Shown piece after piece: positions 16,374 through 20,000 of a stretch of 20,000 nt of DNA. Where the stretch lies: the IMG/VR virus record IMGVR_UViG_3300011242_000004. The stretch is one strand, 5' to 3'. A program made the position numbers and the translations under genes. Source of the stretch: an uncultured virus (IMG/VR IMGVR_UViG_3300011242_000004). Taxonomy: Duplodnaviria > Heunggongvirae > Uroviricota > Caudoviricetes. Every line of letters starts with the position of its first letter. The first letter of the stretch is position 1. The notes under the pieces are model-generated. The model did no database searches and was not told where the DNA came from. It was given only the letters and a program-made list of their open reading frames with translations.

Positions 16374-16934
16374 ATGCAATTAAACACATTTGTCCAAGAA
16401 TACTATCAGAACCCAAAAGAGAAGCCACTATTGAAACGTGTCGGTGGCATGCTCCCGGTATCAAAGAACGTCTTCAATGACGAAATCATGCATCAGAAAG
16501 TCGATACCGCCGTCAACGCCATCCACATCCAACAGATTGCTTCCCACTTAGGGATTGAACTGGAAGATGTTCAGCATGCCGCTGTCGAAGTATGTGGCAT
16601 GAAACAAGAAGCGCGTCTGTTCGAGAAGAAAGTCCAAGACTTTGACGCTCGTGAGAATGCGTATATGAACGGTTCTGTCTTAGAGAAGGCACGCCGTTGG
16701 ATTGGTTCTGACCCAGTCGACCCACGCTCTACGGTCAAAGGCGAACAGCAACCTATCATCAATATCCAATTGCCGGAGGAACTCGTCGGCGGAGGCAATC
16801 TCCAAGAACGTGTTCAACGCAATGAACAGGCTATGCAAGAACTCTCGACACAGATGGCTTCTTTACTATCTGCTCTTGAGTCTCAGTTCCAAGCGAAACA
16901 AGCAGAAGCGGAAACTTCTGAAATCAAAGCGTAA
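16374..16934 (+). CDS. Hypothetical protein (186 aa) with C-terminal coiled coil
   Basis: AGAGGAAG RBS before ATG 16374. Confidence 0.85.
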   Translation: MQLNTFVQEYYQNPKEKPLLKRVGGMLPVSKNVFNDEIMHQKVDTAVNAIHIQQIASHLGIELEDVQHAAVEVCGMKQEARLFEKKVQDFDARENAYMNGSVLEKARRWIGSDPVDPRSTVKGEQQPIINIQLPEELVGGGNLQERVQRNEQAMQELSTQMASLLSALESQFQAKQAEAETSEIKA

Positions 16935-16986
16935 GGTTTGCGGGGAGTCTAAGCCCGCTCCCCTTACATATAAGGAGGCCATCCCC

Positions 16987-17172
16987 ATGGCATCAGATGA
17001 ACTAGAACTCGTCAAATCATTCTTGTATCTTATCGGCTTATGTATCATCGCCTTAGGCGCATTGTTCTTGAAAATTGCTCACATCGATAGACGCGTAGTC
17101 GACCACTCTCTGCTATGGGGTGGCGTCATGGCCATCGGTATCATCTTTATTTACAAAGTCAGTCAAATGTAG
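16987..17172 (+). CDS. Small membrane protein (61 aa)
   Basis: AAGGAGG RBS, ATG 16987; two TM-like segments. Confidence 0.8.
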   Translation: MASDELELVKSFLYLIGLCIIALGALFLKIAHIDRRVVDHSLLWGGVMAIGIIFIYKVSQM

Positions 17173-17183
17173 GAGGAAACCTC

Positions 17184-17399
17184 ATGTCCATCTTAGCTGT
17201 CATACTTGTTACATTCTATTTCATCATTCTTTTGAACATGTGGCGCCTGACCTTCAGAGCCTTCAGTAAATGGTGGCGCGTCCGTCACTCGAAAGATAAA
17301 GTCAAACGTTCTTATGCCTTCGATAACTTCTTTCAAGGCATTTGCTTAACAATCTTTGCGACGTTCATGTTTAGCGTCATTGTCTACGAAAACCTTTAA
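17184..17399 (+). CDS. Small membrane protein (71 aa)
   Basis: AGGAGG RBS, ATG 17184; two TM-like segments. Confidence 0.8.
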   Translation: MSILAVILVTFYFIILLNMWRLTFRAFSKWWRVRHSKDKVKRSYAFDNFFQGICLTIFATFMFSVIVYENL

Positions 17400-17401
17400 A
17401 A

Positions 17402-17431
17402 GCGGAGGCGTCCCGCCTTCTTTTCTTGATT
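17402..17431 (+). promoter_or_regulatory. Repeated hairpin motif copy 7
   Basis: GCGGAGGCGTCCCGCCTTCTTTTCTTGATT (spacing 25). Confidence 0.7.
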
Positions 17432-17452
17432 ACTAACAAGGAGGAATGGATT

Positions 17453-17791
17453 ATGCATAAAACACTGAAAGAAGAACATCGCCGGGTAAAGACTCTCCTT
17501 TGGAACAACATCGTGAGTCGTATCAACACCGCTTCAGCCGAAGACTTCACGAAACGTAACACCATCATGGAAGTCAAAGAGTTCTCACTCATGAATGACA
17601 TCAACAACGAATTGCTTGCGGAAGGGAAACCTTCTTTAGGCATGGGCTATGGTGGCACCATGGAAATCAAATGCAACCTTCGTATCCTACGGAATGCCGT
17701 CCCTGATGCCTATCCGATGATGAAGGAGCATACGTACAAAGAACTGTTAGAAGCGCTTCGCCAGCAGGAAGAGAGCATGCAAGAGTTTTAA
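17453..17791 (+). CDS. Hypothetical protein (112 aa)
   Basis: AAGGAGG RBS, ATG 17453. Confidence 0.8.
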   Translation: MHKTLKEEHRRVKTLLWNNIVSRINTASAEDFTKRNTIMEVKEFSLMNDINNELLAEGKPSLGMGYGGTMEIKCNLRILRNAVPDAYPMMKEHTYKELLEALRQQEESMQEF

Positions 17792-17800
17792 ACCTTAAAG

Positions 17801-17830
17801 GCGGAGGCTTCCAGCCTTCTTTTAATGATT
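17801..17830 (+). promoter_or_regulatory. Repeated hairpin motif copy 8
   Basis: GCGGAGGCTTCCAGCCTTCTTTTAATGATT (spacing 25). Confidence 0.7.
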
Positions 17831-17833
17831 AAA

Positions 17834-17895
17834 TGCCGAAACGTCGAGAGACGTCATCTACGGGTAACCCTCCGTAGGTCTGATGATGGCAGGGT
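17834..17895 (+). ncRNA. Type II hammerhead ribozyme
   Basis: Stem II TGCC(17834-37)/GGCA(17888-91); GAAA 17838-41; stem III CGTC-GAGA-GACG; GTC cleavage triplet ending 17855; stem I ATCTACGG/CCGTAGGT; core CTGATGA 17880-86 plus one extra U; loop I ACCC can pair with downstream GGGT (17892-95). Confidence 0.88.
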
Positions 17896-17914
17896 AAGGT
17901 CAAAAACCTTAAAA

Positions 17915-17944
17915 GCGGAGGCTTCCAGCCTTCTTCTGTTGATT
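17915..17944 (+). promoter_or_regulatory. Repeated hairpin motif copy 9
   Basis: GCGGAGGCTTCCAGCCTTCTTCTGTTGATT (spacing 25). Confidence 0.7.
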
Positions 17945-18027
17945 CAGAGGACACTCTATCCTTTCTAGGCATAGGTGAGTCCAATGGGTACAAAATTGTC
18001 CACGCGACGTTAAAAGGAGGAATTATC

Positions 18028-18633
18028 ATGCAACAACAACAAGTCCAAGGTCTCGTACTCGATGACGCATCACTCGAACAATCTCGTGGTCCCCGCTGGT
18101 ACCTCGAAGACCAAAATTCGACGGCGGAAGCTTCGAACGCTAAATTGGGTATCGAGAACATCGTCCTGACGAAAGCGACGACGCAAGCTCAAATTGACGC
18201 GGGTGCCATCGGTCAAGTCGCTCTTCACACGACAATCGGTTCATTCTACATGACTGCTTTCCGTGGAAAGAAAGACCCGGGTTCTGTCCGTCTTGCTTTG
18301 CCTACTCGTCAGTACATCGACAAAGACGGCGTTAAGCAAAATCAGGAACAGTACTCGTTGCGTTCGGCTGTTCGTGCCCAAATCCTGAAATTCGTTCACT
18401 CGAAATGTAAGGAAGCGCAAGTCGCACAACAAGCCCCTGCTGGTCACGCTCAAGCAGAAGCGAATCCGGCTCTTGCCGCACTTGCTGGTCTTGACGCGGA
18501 AACAATCGCCAAACTCGTTGCTCTCTTGGGAGCTTCGGGTGGTGCGGGTGCTCAAGCTCAAGCTCAACCACAAGCTCAGGCTCAAGCTGACGTTTCTTCT
18601 GTTCCACCAATCATCACTGAAGGCGCATTCTAA
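18028..18633 (+). CDS. Putative nucleic-acid-binding protein (SpoVG-like core, Ala/Gln-rich tail)
   Basis: AAAGGAGG RBS. RLALPTRQYIDKDG...RAQILKFV resembles the SpoVG pattern (vAMPSrk..dG...R..I). Low-complexity tail. Function is tentative. Confidence 0.5.
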   Translation: MQQQQVQGLVLDDASLEQSRGPRWYLEDQNSTAEASNAKLGIENIVLTKATTQAQIDAGAIGQVALHTTIGSFYMTAFRGKKDPGSVRLALPTRQYIDKDGVKQNQEQYSLRSAVRAQILKFVHSKCKEAQVAQQAPAGHAQAEANPALAALAGLDAETIAKLVALLGASGGAGAQAQAQPQAQAQADVSSVPPIITEGAF

Positions 18634-18642
18634 GACCAAAGG

Positions 18643-18672
18643 GCGGAGGGCTCCGCCCTTCTCTTTTTGATT
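18643..18672 (+). promoter_or_regulatory. Repeated hairpin motif copy 10
   Basis: GCGGAGGGCTCCGCCCTTCTCTTTTTGATT (spacing 25). Confidence 0.7.
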
Positions 18673-18690
18673 ATTTATCTCAGCTTCCTC

Positions 18691-18763
18691 AACGGAGCGG
18701 GCGTTGTCTACGTGCTAGGAGTCCTTCCCCTACTCCTAATGCGTAGACAGCGTCTGCTCTGTT
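18691..18763 (+). ncRNA. Putative long-hairpin small RNA
   Basis: 32-bp stem with 25 Watson-Crick pairs, 6 G-U pairs and 1 mismatch; 9-nt loop CCTTCCCCT. Confidence 0.65.
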
Positions 18764-18787
18764 TCTATCTTTTAATATTACATACCT

Positions 18788-18855
18788 AGACACATCCGCG
18801 ATGGCTTCCCTGTGGAGCTTTTTCTAAAAAAGCAGAGACACATCCGAGATGGCTT
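18788..18855 (+). repeat. 20-nt direct repeat AGACACATCCG(C/A)GATGGCTT, two copies 48 bp apart
   Basis: Copies at 18788-18807 and 18836-18855, one mismatch. Confidence 0.8.
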
Positions 18856-18904
18856 TTCTCTAGGAATTTTTTTTAAATCGTAGCCGTTAGAAAGGAGAAC
18901 TTGC

Positions 18905-19360
18905 ATGCACCCTGTTATCGGAAACTTCTACCTTGCTTTAGACAATGAAGCCCCCTTTATCTATGTCGTCACCGGGAAACTGGACAAGCCCGATGATTAT
19001 ATTGTCACTTGTACTGGTATCTCTCTTATGGGAGGAGACCACTTCTCGTTAACCAGTGAAGATGAGTATGTGTGCGCCTTTATCACCGATAGACAGAACA
19101 TCATCAACTACCTTGTCAAGTACCGGGGTCAATCGATTGCGATTCCAGATTCAGAACGTCGCATATTTGATAAGATGAACACGTTCGGCGCCAATCCCGT
19201 TAAACGAAGACACATCCACATCCAGTCCATTGACGAACTCAAGGACACTCTCGATGAGCATTTCCATCATCGCACTTCAGAACAATCCAAACGCCTGACC
19301 CAACTCTTTCTTGCTCTCAATTCTTTCAAGACATTAAGCTCCCCTAAACTCTCACTCTAG
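18905..19360 (+). CDS. Hypothetical protein (151 aa), paralog of the next gene
   Basis: AAAGGAG RBS; G(N/D)FYL N-terminus and P(K/N)LSL C-terminus shared with 19376..19849. Confidence 0.85.
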   Translation: MHPVIGNFYLALDNEAPFIYVVTGKLDKPDDYIVTCTGISLMGGDHFSLTSEDEYVCAFITDRQNIINYLVKYRGQSIAIPDSERRIFDKMNTFGANPVKRRHIHIQSIDELKDTLDEHFHHRTSEQSKRLTQLFLALNSFKTLSSPKLSL

Positions 19361-19375
19361 AAAGGAAGATGTACC

Positions 19376-19849
19376 ATGTTCACAGTCGGAGACTTTTATC
19401 TATACCGGAATCCATTAGGAGAAGCCCGTTATATCGCCGTCGCCATCCAAAAGAAATCGATGCTTTCTTCAAAAGAAGAAGTCCGTACCCTCGTGCTCGC
19501 CGGAGACCCAGAAGACCTTCTTGACTTTAACTTCTGTATCACGAGAGCCACCATCGATGAGCAAGAAGAACTCATTGCCTACATTAAAGAAATGCGTGCC
19601 TCTGTTTCTGAAGAGAACTTTGACAAGAAACGATTCGCCCGCATCGAACATGGGACACAAAAATCTACTCCTACCTGTGCCCGCCTTGACATGAAACGAT
19701 GCACACCCATCCGTTCCCTTGAAGCCTTAGAAGAACACTTACAAGACTTCTTACCGATGCAAGAATACCAGCACGCTTCCGTCATCCGTTTCTTTAAATC
19801 CATTCACATGGACTTCCACTCGACACAACCACCTAACCTTTCTCTCTAA
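19376..19849 (+). CDS. Hypothetical protein (157 aa), paralog of the previous gene
   Basis: AAAGGAAG RBS; shared motifs as above. Confidence 0.85.
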   Translation: MFTVGDFYLYRNPLGEARYIAVAIQKKSMLSSKEEVRTLVLAGDPEDLLDFNFCITRATIDEQEELIAYIKEMRASVSEENFDKKRFARIEHGTQKSTPTCARLDMKRCTPIRSLEALEEHLQDFLPMQEYQHASVIRFFKSIHMDFHSTQPPNLSL

Positions 19850-20000
19850 TATACAAGATTCCTGCATAAACGAGAAAGCGTATGCAACTACCCCGGGATT
19901 TTTGAACACTTTCTGCATAAGTATACAAATACAGTGAATAACGACTGACCACTTATCCTTCGAAACCACCCTCCGCTCACCAATTATTTGGGGGCGTGAT

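Noticed and set aside
11667..18672. Repeated motif as a CRISPR array
   Set aside because: Copies are degenerate and separated by 0.1-1.6 kb containing genes, not by uniform 30-40 nt spacers; no cas genes.
19850..19930. Short repeats CTGCATAA and ATACAA
   Set aside because: Too short, and context is cut by the window edge.

Overview
This window looks like part of a large tailed phage (or prophage) of a Bacillota, probably Bacillales, host: strong Gram-positive-type RBSs, dense small hypothetical ORFs, and no GATC site found on manual reading. Bases 1-2982 hold minus-strand genes, including a 347-codon ORF missing from the ORF track and a possible small terminase. A strand switch at about 3000-3400 is followed by an A-tract-free segment ending in a 14-bp-phased palindromic repeat array (4261-4420). 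The plus-strand early-type region carries a YonO/eukaryotic-RdRP-like two-barrel RNA polymerase (5180-7975, SGADFDGD). Its missing C-terminal motifs appear to lie in the next ORF (8101-10071), suggesting a split enzyme. From 11.3 to 18.7 kb, small genes are punctuated by 10 copies plus one degenerate copy of a hairpin motif, GCGGA-GGNN-TCC-NGCC-pyrimidine tract-TGATT, with fixed spacing; these are candidate promoters for that polymerase. Several copies sit directly before non-coding RNAs: a ~370-nt pseudoknotted RNA (11694-12060), a type II hammerhead ribozyme (17834-17895) and a 32-bp G-U-rich hairpin (18691-18763). All protein calls come from motif recognition by eye, not database searches.
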